This document shows positions 17,062 through 25,785 of a stretch of DNA of 64,000 bases, piece after piece. The notes beneath the pieces are model-generated. The model was not told the DNA's origin. It worked only from the letters and a program-made list of their open reading frames with translations, and ran no database searches. The position numbers and the translations under genes were made by a program. Each line of letters starts with the position of its first letter. Within the stretch, counting starts at the first letter, position 1. Origin of the DNA: Myxococcota bacterium (GTDB lineage Bacteria; Myxococcota_A; UBA9160; UBA4427); assembly GCA_046583195.1 (NCBI GenBank), contig JAYGCV010000057.1:13237-77236 (forward strand), read 5' to 3'.

Positions 17062-19710
17062 ATGAAGGACCGGGTCGACGAATGGATTGGCGCGCGCCTC
17101 GCGGGGCTCAGCGACTGGGTCCTCGCAAATGCCGCGAGCGTCTGCTGGGGGACGCTTGCCCTCACGGCCGTCTTGGGCGTATATGCGGCGCTCACCCTCG
17201 GCGTCAATTCCGACAACGTCGAATTGATCGCGGACGACGTTCCCTACTGGCAGCTGCGCCAGGAGTACGTCGAGCTCTTCCCGGTGCTCAGCAATTCGAT
17301 GCTGGTCGTCGTCGACGGCGAGACCCCCGAGCAGGCACGATCGGTCGCCGAGGCGCTTCGCGACCAACTGCGGCAGCGCCGGGACGCCCTCGAATCGGCC
17401 GAGATACCCGGCGCAGAGCCCTTTTTTCAGAAGGCAGCCCTGCTGTATCGCACCCCCGACGAGCTCGACGATCTCGCGACCCAACTGAGTCAGCTGCAGC
17501 CGCTGATCGCCTCCCTCGAAGCCGAGCCAACGGTCGCGAAGGTCGGCGAGGTCCTGAAGCTCGGACTGGAAGAGGTCGGCGGGGATGCGGCCACGGGCGA
17601 ACGTTGGTCGGGCATCCTCGATCAGATTGGCCGTGCGACGGTTTCAGTCTACGAGGAGAACCCGGTCTACCTCTCCTGGGACGAGGTGCTTCTCGATGGC
17701 TCGGCGATCGATCTCGATACCCGACAGATCATCGTGGTCGAGCCGGTTCTCGACTTTGATTCGGTTCTGCCGGCGGGGCGCGCCCTGGCTGCGATTCGGG
17801 AGAGCGTCGAGATCCTGCCAGAAGCACAGAGCACCGGAGTGCGCGTGCGCGTCACGGGGAACCCGGCGCTGAATCACGAAGAAATGCTCGGGCTTGCCTG
17901 GGACATTGGGGTCGCGGGTATCTTCTGCTTCGCGCTGGTCACCGGGGTGCTGTTCTGGGCGCTGCGGTCGATCCCCCTGGTGATCGCCACGGTCGCGACG
18001 TTGCTGGTCGGCCTGGTCTGGACCGGGGCCTTCGCTGCGGCCGTCGTGGGCCGGCTCAACGTCGTGTCGATTGCCTTTGCGGTGCTGATCATCGGCTTGG
18101 GTGTCGATTTCGCGATCCACCTGGGGATGCACTACGCACGACTGCTGTGTCGGGGGCTGGCGCCTCCCGAGGCCATGCACGCCGCCGTTCAGGAGGTGGG
18201 TGCTTCGCTGGTGGTCTGCGCGCTGTCGACGGCCATCGGCTTCGCGGTCTTCATCCCCACGGATTTCGAAGGCGTGGCCGAGTTGGGCCTGATCGCCGGC
18301 GGGGGGATGCCCGTGCTGCTGTTGCTGACACTGACCTTCTTCCCCGCGATTCTGACCGCTTGGCTGCCGCCCTCGGATCCCGCGAAACTGACCGCCGACC
18401 TGCACTTCGAAGCACCGTGGGCCCGGCTGGTGGCGAACCATCCGCGCGCGGTTCTTGGCGCCGCCGCGCTTGCGGGGCTGGTGGCCCTGGCCGCGGCGCC
18501 CTTTACGCGTTTCGACGAGAACGTCATCGAGATGCGCAATCCCGACACCGAGTCGGTGCAGGTGTTCAACGAGTTGCTCGAAGAGCGCGGTTCGTCGTCG
18601 CCCTGGTTCGTCAACATCGTGACCCCCGATCTCCGGGCGGCCGATCGACTGGCCGCCGAACTCGAGGAACTCGATGAAGTCGAGCGCGCGGTGACGCTCG
18701 GCGATTACGTCCCGGACGAGCAGGAAGAGAAGCTCGAGATTCTCGCCGACATCTCGATGATCTTCGATGTGCCCGCACCCCTTTCTCCTGCGCGCAAGGC
18801 GCCTTTCGCCGAGAGGGTTCGGGCGCTCGAAGATCTGCGCGATTTCCTCGGCGCCCTGGAGCACCCGGGCGGTGTCGATTCGCCTCTGGGCCGGAGCGTG
18901 TCCTACCTCGCCCGCGAACTCGACGCGCTGCTCTCGCGACTGGGTCGCGAGGCGGACCCGGACGCCGCCATCGACCGGTTCGAGGACGTGCTTCTCGGAT
19001 CGCTGCCCGAGCGCCTTGCGCTCCTGCGGGCGGCGCTCGACCCGGGGGAGATCGTGCAGGGGGATCTGCCGGATGAGGTCGTGCGCCGCATGCAGGCGCC
19101 CACCGGCGAGCAGCGGGTGCAGGCCTTCCCGCGCCGCGACTTGCGCGAGCCGGACGCGCTGCGCGGTTTCGTGGCGTCTGTGAGGACCGTCGCACCGAAC
19201 GCGGTGGGCATGGCGGTCGATATCGTCGAACTCGGTCGTGTCACCGTCGACTCGTTGATCCAGGCGCTGCTGCTGGCGCTGGTCGTGATCGGTATGCTGC
19301 TCTACTTCCTCTGGCGGCGCTGGGTCGACACGGTGCTGGTGCTCGCGCCCCTGCTGCTCGCGGGGGTGCTCACCCTCGGGACGCTGGTGGCCTTCGGCAT
19401 TCCCTTCAATTTCGCGAACGTGATCGTTCTGCCGCTACTGCTCGGGATCGGGGTCGACAGTGGGATCCACCTGGTGCACCGCGCTCGCGTCACCGGAAAG
19501 GTGGGTGCTGTCCTGCTGTCGGAGACGACTGCGCGCGCTGTCTTCTACTCGGCGGTGACCACGATCACCAGTTTCGGCACGCTGGTGCTGTCGAATCACC
19601 GGGGCATCCAGAGCCTCGGCGAAGTTCTCGTGATCGGAATCTTCTTCACGCTGGCCTGCAACCTGATGGTGCTGCCGGCGCTCCTCGGCCTCGTACCGCG
19701 CCCGCGCTGA
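17062..19710 (+). CDS. MMPL/RND-superfamily lipid exporter, HpnN-like
   Basis: 882 aa with two 6-TM bundles and two large periplasmic loops. The N-terminal pattern (NSDNVELIADDVPYWQLRQEYVELFP...MLVVVDGETPEQA...GAEPFFQKAALLYRTPDEL) parallels what I recall of hopanoid-transporter HpnN proteins. Confidence 0.8.
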   Translation: MKDRVDEWIGARLAGLSDWVLANAASVCWGTLALTAVLGVYAALTLGVNSDNVELIADDVPYWQLRQEYVELFPVLSNSMLVVVDGETPEQARSVAEALRDQLRQRRDALESAEIPGAEPFFQKAALLYRTPDELDDLATQLSQLQPLIASLEAEPTVAKVGEVLKLGLEEVGGDAATGERWSGILDQIGRATVSVYEENPVYLSWDEVLLDGSAIDLDTRQIIVVEPVLDFDSVLPAGRALAAIRESVEILPEAQSTGVRVRVTGNPALNHEEMLGLAWDIGVAGIFCFALVTGVLFWALRSIPLVIATVATLLVGLVWTGAFAAAVVGRLNVVSIAFAVLIIGLGVDFAIHLGMHYARLLCRGLAPPEAMHAAVQEVGASLVVCALSTAIGFAVFIPTDFEGVAELGLIAGGGMPVLLLLTLTFFPAILTAWLPPSDPAKLTADLHFEAPWARLVANHPRAVLGAAALAGLVALAAAPFTRFDENVIEMRNPDTESVQVFNELLEERGSSSPWFVNIVTPDLRAADRLAAELEELDEVERAVTLGDYVPDEQEEKLEILADISMIFDVPAPLSPARKAPFAERVRALEDLRDFLGALEHPGGVDSPLGRSVSYLARELDALLSRLGREADPDAAIDRFEDVLLGSLPERLALLRAALDPGEIVQGDLPDEVVRRMQAPTGEQRVQAFPRRDLREPDALRGFVASVRTVAPNAVGMAVDIVELGRVTVDSLIQALLLALVVIGMLLYFLWRRWVDTVLVLAPLLLAGVLTLGTLVAFGIPFNFANVIVLPLLLGIGVDSGIHLVHRARVTGKVGAVLLSETTARAVFYSAVTTITSFGTLVLSNHRGIQSLGEVLVIGIFFTLACNLMVLPALLGLVPRPR

Positions 19711-19734
19711 GCAGCGATGGGGTCGGGGAGCCGC

Positions 19735-21180
19735 TTACGGGTTGGCGGCGGCCGAGTTCCGGGACGCGGGCTCGCCGGTGGGGTGAAGTGTTTCGAGGAA
19801 GCTCACGAGTGCGGTGACTTCGGAGGGCTTTAGATGCTTGCGGTAGGCGGGCATGTTGCCGCCGCCCTGGAGCACCTGGCGGATCATCTGGTCCTTGGTG
19901 AGTCGCGTGGCGACCGTGGTGAGATCGGGTCCGCGCAGGCCGCCCTCCCCATCGAGGCTGTGGCAATTGCGGCACTGTTTCGCCTGCAGGAGAGCCGCGC
20001 CCTGGAGTTCGAGGGGGCTGCGTCCCTTCACCATTGCGATCGGGGTCGGGACACCGCTCCAGGCGTTCATGTGCGGGGACCAGGGCGAGTAGGTCCCGAG
20101 CCAGGCGAGGGTGGCAAGAATCGTCATCACCACCACCACCCCGACCACCGCTCCCGGACGGCGACTGGGGTGTTTTTCGCCGGTGCCGGCGATGAACGGG
20201 ATCGCGAAGAGGATCACCACGAAGACCGGGAGCACGTAGAGGATGATCGCGGTCTCCATGTAGGGGGGGAGCAGGGCGAGCACCGAGAAGAGCGAGAGGA
20301 AGTAGAAGTCGGGCCGCGGGGCGGTGTGGATGAAGGTCGGGTCGGGGGGGCCGTTGGGTCCCTTCGGGCCGAGGAAGATCGCGCACAGGAAGATCGCCAG
20401 GAGCACGAAGGCGGCGAAGAGCACGTCCTTGTCGATGCCGTCCGGGGCGAAGCGGACCCCGTCGCGCTCGACCAGGGCTTTGTATTCGGCGTCGTAGGTC
20501 GCGGGGTCGACCCCCTTGCCGGCGACGGGGAACTCGTTGATTCCCTGGGTCAGCACGCCGCGCAGGTGGAGCACGATGACACCGATCAGGAGACCCGGGA
20601 TCACGAAGACGTGGAGGGTGAAGAAGCGGCTCAGGGCTTCGCCGCCGATGATGGGACCGCCGAGCAGACCGTGGACCATTTCCGGCCCGATCAGCGGGAG
20701 GCGCCCGAGGATCGAAACGCCGATCCCCAGCCCCCAGTAGGCGTCCTGGTCAAAGCGCATGACCTGGCCGGTGAAGGCGGCACCAAGGGTCGCCAGAAAG
20801 AGGACGCAGCCAAAGAGCCAGGTGAGTTCGCGCGGATACTTGTAGGCGCCGAAGAGAAAGACCTGGATCAGGTGGATCGTCATCAGGGCGAGCATGAAAT
20901 TCGAACCCCAATAGTGGATCGCGCGGACGAACCAGCCGAGGGGTTGCTCGTAGTTCAGGTATTCGAGGCTCTGGTAGGCCTGATCGGGGGAGGGGACGTA
21001 GATCAGCGCCAGGCAGATGCCCGTGACGATTTGCAGGATGAAGCAGAGCAGGGTTCCGCTGCCAAAGACGTAGAACCAGCTCGCCGAGCTGGCCGGAATG
21101 TGGTGTCCGGCGGTGGCTTCGAAGATCTTCCCGACCGCAAGCCGCTGGTCGATCCACTGGCCAATCCCTCGAAGGCTCAT
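19735..21180 (-). CDS. Cytochrome b (unsplit, b6-type haem spacing) fused to a C-terminal mono-haem cytochrome c domain
   Basis: Haem ligand pairs are HYWGSNFMLALMTIH (H-x13-H) and HVFVIPGLLIGVIVLH (H-x14-H). The Qo-site motif reads PDFY. The C-terminus has CRNCH and GNMPAY. ATG at 21180 is preceded by GAGGGAGAGG. Confidence 0.9.
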   Translation of the reverse strand: MSLRGIGQWIDQRLAVGKIFEATAGHHIPASSASWFYVFGSGTLLCFILQIVTGICLALIYVPSPDQAYQSLEYLNYEQPLGWFVRAIHYWGSNFMLALMTIHLIQVFLFGAYKYPRELTWLFGCVLFLATLGAAFTGQVMRFDQDAYWGLGIGVSILGRLPLIGPEMVHGLLGGPIIGGEALSRFFTLHVFVIPGLLIGVIVLHLRGVLTQGINEFPVAGKGVDPATYDAEYKALVERDGVRFAPDGIDKDVLFAAFVLLAIFLCAIFLGPKGPNGPPDPTFIHTAPRPDFYFLSLFSVLALLPPYMETAIILYVLPVFVVILFAIPFIAGTGEKHPSRRPGAVVGVVVVMTILATLAWLGTYSPWSPHMNAWSGVPTPIAMVKGRSPLELQGAALLQAKQCRNCHSLDGEGGLRGPDLTTVATRLTKDQMIRQVLQGGGNMPAYRKHLKPSEVTALVSFLETLHPTGEPASRNSAAANP

Positions 21181-21272
21181 CGCCGGCCTCTCCCTCGGTT
21201 CCGGTTTCTTTCCGAGAGCCGATTGTCGACTCCTCTCGCGTAGGCTTTTCGACGCTGCATGCCCAACTCCGC

Positions 21273-21809
21273 TTAGACCGGTTCCGAGAGCGTCGGGACT
21301 TCGCCGCCACGCACCCAGAGCATGTCGTTCTTGATCTTGTACGGGTACTCGAAGAGGCCGCGCGGCGGCGGGCCCGAGGCACGCGTGCCGTCCTCGTAGT
21401 AGACACCGCCGTGACACGGGCACATGAACAGGCTGGACTCGGGGAACCAACGCACCGGGCAGCCGAGGTGCGCGCAGTTGATGGCGAAGACCTGGAAGCG
21501 ATCGGAATCGATGTGCCGCACCCAGCACGGAAGGTTCGCGGTGACACCATCCCAGGGAACCGTGAAGGGGTTCCGGTAGGTGGCCAATCGGGTCTGGCCG
21601 GCGGGGAAGGCGTCGACCCGGCCAAGCGGGATCCACGCCTGTTTGGCGCGCGGTCGCACGACAGCCGAGAGCACGTAGCCCACGAGCGGTAGCGCGATCA
21701 GTGCCGCCGCGACGACGTTGAGCCCGACGCCCAGCTTCAGCAGGAAGCCGCGCCGGGTGACCGGCGGGACCGAGGGCGGCGGGGGGATCGGAGTCGGGTC
21801 GTGGCTCAT
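21273..21809 (-). CDS. Rieske [2Fe-2S] subunit of the bc-type complex
   Basis: CAHLGC and CPCHG cluster boxes. Tat-like TRRGFLLKLG followed by a TM helix. ATG 21809 overlaps the upstream stop (ATGA). Confidence 0.9.
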   Translation of the reverse strand: MSHDPTPIPPPPSVPPVTRRGFLLKLGVGLNVVAAALIALPLVGYVLSAVVRPRAKQAWIPLGRVDAFPAGQTRLATYRNPFTVPWDGVTANLPCWVRHIDSDRFQVFAINCAHLGCPVRWFPESSLFMCPCHGGVYYEDGTRASGPPPRGLFEYPYKIKNDMLWVRGGEVPTLSEPV

Positions 21810-22594
21810 GGCGTCTTCTCCGTGACGGCGGGCAGCGGCGGCGTGGCCGTTCCTTCCGGGTAGGTCTGGCCGGGGTACCGAACGCGCTGGGCCACCAGCC
21901 AGGCCACCACGTCCGAGATCGCCTGGGGCGGGATCACCCGGGGATGAACGGGATCGCCGTGACCGCGGTAGTCGGGCATTCCCAGGTCTGTGCGCCCGGC
22001 GATCACCGTGTTGCGGAGGCCCTGGTTGCTGGTGAGGGCGAGGTAGGAACCGTCGACCACGGCGCCAGCGGTTTCCGAGCCGCGGCCGTTTGCGCCGTGG
22101 CATTCTGCACAGAACTGGAGAAAGACTTCGCGCCCCGGCCCGGCGCGCCCCGCGAGCCCCCCGGCGGCGAGGGCGTCGGCTTCGGAGAAGGCCGGAAGAC
22201 TGGAGGGATCGAGGCTCGGGTCGCCCCAGCGCTCGAACATCCCGGAGACGATTGCATTGATCTGCGGCGGTGTGAGGACGCCGCCGGCCTCCAACCCGAA
22301 GGCGGGCATCGCCGTGCCCGCCACGCCGTGGGTCGCCGCCTTTCGCAGATTCGCTGCACCGGCGATGGCCAGGAAGAGCGGGTCATTGAGGGGCCGTACC
22401 GGCCCGAGGTGGCCCTCTGCGCCGTGGCATCCCGAGCAGTTCGTGCCGTAGAGCGTTTCGAAATCGAGAATATCGGTGGGGCGTTGGTAGCGATCGGCCT
22501 CGGTGGGCTGGCCCGGAAGGCCGTCGCAGCCGAAGCTCGCCAGCGCCAGGGCGAGCGCAGCGGTGAGGATCGTGTTGAATTTCAAGGCGCTCAC
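21806..22594 (-). CDS. Dihaem c-type cytochrome (QcrC-like), membrane- or lipid-anchored
   Basis: Two CxxCH sites (CSGCH, CAECH). N-terminal signal ALALALASFGC. GTG 22594 has GGAG 8 nt upstream and overlaps the upstream stop (GTGA). Confidence 0.85.
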   Translation of the reverse strand: MSALKFNTILTAALALALASFGCDGLPGQPTEADRYQRPTDILDFETLYGTNCSGCHGAEGHLGPVRPLNDPLFLAIAGAANLRKAATHGVAGTAMPAFGLEAGGVLTPPQINAIVSGMFERWGDPSLDPSSLPAFSEADALAAGGLAGRAGPGREVFLQFCAECHGANGRGSETAGAVVDGSYLALTSNQGLRNTVIAGRTDLGMPDYRGHGDPVHPRVIPPQAISDVVAWLVAQRVRYPGQTYPEGTATPPLPAVTEKTP

Positions 22595-23463
22595 CCCTGG
22601 TCTCCGGAGTCGGTGTCTTGCGGGCGGCGGTCGGCCGGGGCCAGGCCCGTTGCCTCGAGCCCCATTCTCGCGGCGAGTGGCCAGGTCTGCAGTGTCGCAA
22701 TGCGTTCCGATCGCGACACCACCCAACCCGCGGTGAGGCCGAAGGCGAGTTGGGACGCGACGAACCAGCCCCATTGGATGTGGGCTTCGAGGGCCGGCGC
22801 CACGATGCCGATCGACGCCCAGGCGACAGAACTCCAGATGAGCGGAGCTGCGATTCCCGCCACGATCACGGGGTGGCGCGGAAACATCGGGAGCAGCGCA
22901 GCGAAGATCGCCCCGACCATCAGCGAGAGCGCTGCGTGGATCGCCAGCGCCGTTAGCAGGGCGGTCGCTTGGAACGACGCCAGTTGGGCCGGATCGGCAG
23001 AATCCAGCGAGGGCAGCACGATCGAGGCGAGGAGATTGATCGGGAGCCAGAGACTGCCCGCCTGGGTCGCGCCGTAGAGCAACGCGACCAGGGCCATCGC
23101 GACCCCGCCGGCCGCCCCGCCGGCGAGCCCGGCCGAGAAGGGATGGATTTCGGCGGGGACTCGGACGCGGTGAAGGTCTTCGCCGGCAATCAGGTGCGCC
23201 ACGCGTTCCGGGGCGGGCCGGATGGCGGGCGCTCGCTCCGAGGCGGATTGCAGCGGCGACAGAATTTCTTGTGGGTCCGGGAGCACGCCCCGCCACCAGC
23301 CGATTCCGCCCAGCAGAACGAGGGGCAGGCCGACGATGCTGACCAGCGCGTTGGTGACCAGGCCGGCAAAGAGCATCGTGATGCCGAGGGCGACGACCAT
23401 CGGTGCCGCGGTGGGCTTCGGGAGTTCGATGCCCGCGCTGTCAGGCTGTTCGTGCTCGCTCAT
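22591..23463 (-). CDS. Multi-pass integral membrane protein of unknown function embedded in the respiratory operon
   Basis: 290 aa. ATG 23463 lies 17 nt after the ctaE stop. Several hydrophobic helices are visible (MVVALGITMLFAGLVTNALVSIVGLPLVLLGGIGWW; LTALAIHAALSLMVGAIFAALLPMF). I recognised no family. Confidence 0.75.
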   Translation of the reverse strand: MSEHEQPDSAGIELPKPTAAPMVVALGITMLFAGLVTNALVSIVGLPLVLLGGIGWWRGVLPDPQEILSPLQSASERAPAIRPAPERVAHLIAGEDLHRVRVPAEIHPFSAGLAGGAAGGVAMALVALLYGATQAGSLWLPINLLASIVLPSLDSADPAQLASFQATALLTALAIHAALSLMVGAIFAALLPMFPRHPVIVAGIAAPLIWSSVAWASIGIVAPALEAHIQWGWFVASQLAFGLTAGWVVSRSERIATLQTWPLAARMGLEATGLAPADRRPQDTDSGDQG

Positions 23464-23480
23464 GCTTCTTCCATTCCGGG

Positions 23481-24071
23481 TCAGAGGCCGACGATGTAAA
23501 CACTGGTGAGGACCACGAGCCACACGGCGTCGACGAAATGCCAGTACCACGAGACCAGTTCGACCTTTTCCGCGTGTCTGCTCTTGACGTGGCCGAGCAG
23601 TGTCATCGACCAGATCCCGCTCATCAAGAGGATGCCGATGCAGACATGGGCGGCGTGGAAGCCGACCAACGAATAGAAGGTCGTGCCGAAAAGGTTCGTA
23701 CCGATGGTGAGCCCGTCTTCGAAGATCAGGCGGTTCCACTCCATCGCGGTGCTCACCAGGAAGACGACGCCGAGGGTGATGGTGACGAGAAAACTCGCGA
23801 TGAAGCGCGCGATTTCGCCGCGGCGGAGGGCGCGGACCGCAAACATGATGGTGCCGCTGCTCGAGAGGAGAGCCACCGTCCCGACGACCGGAAAATCGAG
23901 AACGTCGATGGGCTGGGGGCCGGTGACACTCTTTCCGATGTAGAAGAGGTAGGCCACCACGAAGATCGCGAAAAAGGCGCTCTCGGTGAGGATCAGGCAA
24001 GCCATCCCCGCGCGGCCCCGATCTACGCGACGGCCATCGTCCAACTGGCGCGGGAGCGTTGCGTCGCTCAC
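23481..24071 (-). CDS. ctaE: Haem-copper oxidase subunit III
   Basis: 196 aa with TTFYSLVGFHAAHVCIGILLM and WYWHFVDAVWLVV, both typical of subunit III. Confidence 0.9.
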   Translation of the reverse strand: MSDATLPRQLDDGRRVDRGRAGMACLILTESAFFAIFVVAYLFYIGKSVTGPQPIDVLDFPVVGTVALLSSSGTIMFAVRALRRGEIARFIASFLVTITLGVVFLVSTAMEWNRLIFEDGLTIGTNLFGTTFYSLVGFHAAHVCIGILLMSGIWSMTLLGHVKSRHAEKVELVSWYWHFVDAVWLVVLTSVYIVGL

Positions 24072-24098
24072 GGCCGTCGTCCCCTCGTTGCGCGGGCG

Positions 24099-25772
24099 CT
24101 ATTCATACTTCCAGTCCGGGTCTTCGGGGTGTTTCGCATCCCAGAGGGGTCGGCGGCTGTGCACCTCGGGCGCCTCCGCGAAGTTGTAGTCGGGGGGCGG
24201 CGACGACGTGGACCACTCTAGGGTCCATGCGTCCCAGGGGTCGGGTCCAGCCGGGCGGCCCGAATGCAGCGCGCGCGCGATGGCATAAAAGAAGACGAGG
24301 ACGCCGGCGGCCTGAAAGAGCACGCCCGCCGAAGTGATCTGGTTCCAGATCTCCCAGCTGCGATCGCTCGGGTAGGTGTAGATGCGCCGGGGCATGCCGA
24401 GCAGGCCCTGCACGTGCATGGTCGTGAAGGTGAGTTGGAAGCCGATCACGAAGAGCCAGAAGTGCCACTTCCCCAGCGTTTCGTCGAGCATTTTCCCGCT
24501 GACCTTCGGGAACCAGTAGTAACAGGCTCCGAAGATCGTGAAGATCAGGCCGCCGATCAGGACATAGTGGAAGTGGGCGACCACGAAGTAGGTATCGGTG
24601 AGCTGCCAGTCGAAGGGCGTTGCGGCGAGCATGATGCCCGTGAGACCCGCCAGCACGAATTGGAAGACAAAGGCCGTGCAGAAGAGCATGGGGGTCTGGA
24701 AGCGGATCTTCCCCCCGTACATCGTCCCAATCCAGTTGAAGATCTTGATCCCGGTGGGCACGCCCACGAGCATCGTGATCGCGGCGAAATAGATATTGAG
24801 TTCGCGCTGCATCCCCACCGCGAACATGTGGTGGGCCCAGACGCCGACGCTGAGAACGCCGATCGAGATCGTGGCGGCGACCATGACCGGGTAGCCGAAG
24901 ATCACCTTCCTCGAAAAGACCGGAATGATCTCGGAGGCGTAGGCGAAACCCGGGATGATCAGGATGTAGACCTCGGGATGTCCGAAGAACCAGAAGAAGT
25001 GCTGCCACAGGACGGCGTCTCCGCCGGCTTGGGTGTCGAAGAAGTGGGCGCCGAGGAAGCGGTCGAAGAGCAGCATGACCTGGGCCGCCGCCAGCGGCGT
25101 CAAGGCGATCAGGATCAGGAAGGACACGACGCTCATCATCCAGACGAAGAGCGGCATGCGGCCGAGAGTCATCCCCCGGCAGCGCAGGCTGATCACCGTG
25201 CCGAGCATGTTGATCGCACCCGAGAGGCTGCCGAAGCCGCTGATCAGGATCCCGAGGATCCAGTAGTCGGTGGAGTTGCCCCGGGAGGAGGCCTTGCCGG
25301 TGAGCGGGGCGTAGGCGAACCAGCCGACGTCCGGGGCGGTCCCAGCACCGTAGAGGCCGTCGGCGCCCAGGAAGGAGAAGTAGAAGAGGAAGGCCCCGAA
25401 GAAGAACATCCAGAAGCCCCAGGCATTCAGCCGGGGGTAGGCCATGTCGCGGGCGCCGATCATCAGGGGCAGGAAGTAGTTTCCAAAGCCGGTAATGATC
25501 GGCATGCCCACCAGGAAGACCATGGTGGTGCCGTGCATGGTGAAGAGGCGGTTGAAGGTTTCCGGGCCGATGGCGTCGTTGCCGGCAAAGAGCAGCTGGT
25601 AGCGCATCGCGGCGGCTTCGAGGCCGGCGACGCAGAAGAAGAAGAGCCCGCTGCAGACGTACATCACCCCGAGCTTTTTGTGATCGCAGGTGGTCACCCA
25701 ATCGTGGAGTGTGTCGGTCCACGAGTGCCCGGGGGCTGCGACGGGAGGGGTCGGGGTGTCGATGGCGGCCAC
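24099..25772 (-). CDS. ctaD: Cytochrome c oxidase subunit I
   Basis: 557 aa with DHKKLGVMY, WFFGHPEVYILIIPGF and HHMFAVG signatures. GTG 25772 has AGGAG 10 nt upstream. Confidence 0.95.
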   Translation of the reverse strand: MAAIDTPTPPVAAPGHSWTDTLHDWVTTCDHKKLGVMYVCSGLFFFCVAGLEAAAMRYQLLFAGNDAIGPETFNRLFTMHGTTMVFLVGMPIITGFGNYFLPLMIGARDMAYPRLNAWGFWMFFFGAFLFYFSFLGADGLYGAGTAPDVGWFAYAPLTGKASSRGNSTDYWILGILISGFGSLSGAINMLGTVISLRCRGMTLGRMPLFVWMMSVVSFLILIALTPLAAAQVMLLFDRFLGAHFFDTQAGGDAVLWQHFFWFFGHPEVYILIIPGFAYASEIIPVFSRKVIFGYPVMVAATISIGVLSVGVWAHHMFAVGMQRELNIYFAAITMLVGVPTGIKIFNWIGTMYGGKIRFQTPMLFCTAFVFQFVLAGLTGIMLAATPFDWQLTDTYFVVAHFHYVLIGGLIFTIFGACYYWFPKVSGKMLDETLGKWHFWLFVIGFQLTFTTMHVQGLLGMPRRIYTYPSDRSWEIWNQITSAGVLFQAAGVLVFFYAIARALHSGRPAGPDPWDAWTLEWSTSSPPPDYNFAEAPEVHSRRPLWDAKHPEDPDWKYE

Positions 25773-25785
25773 TTGCGCGGGGCTC

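Noticed and set aside
20128-20140. CACCACCACCACC microsatellite-like run
   Set aside because: It is in frame within cytochrome b, encoding part of a valine-rich TM helix (VVGVVVVM) on the minus strand. It is too short to treat as a contingency locus.
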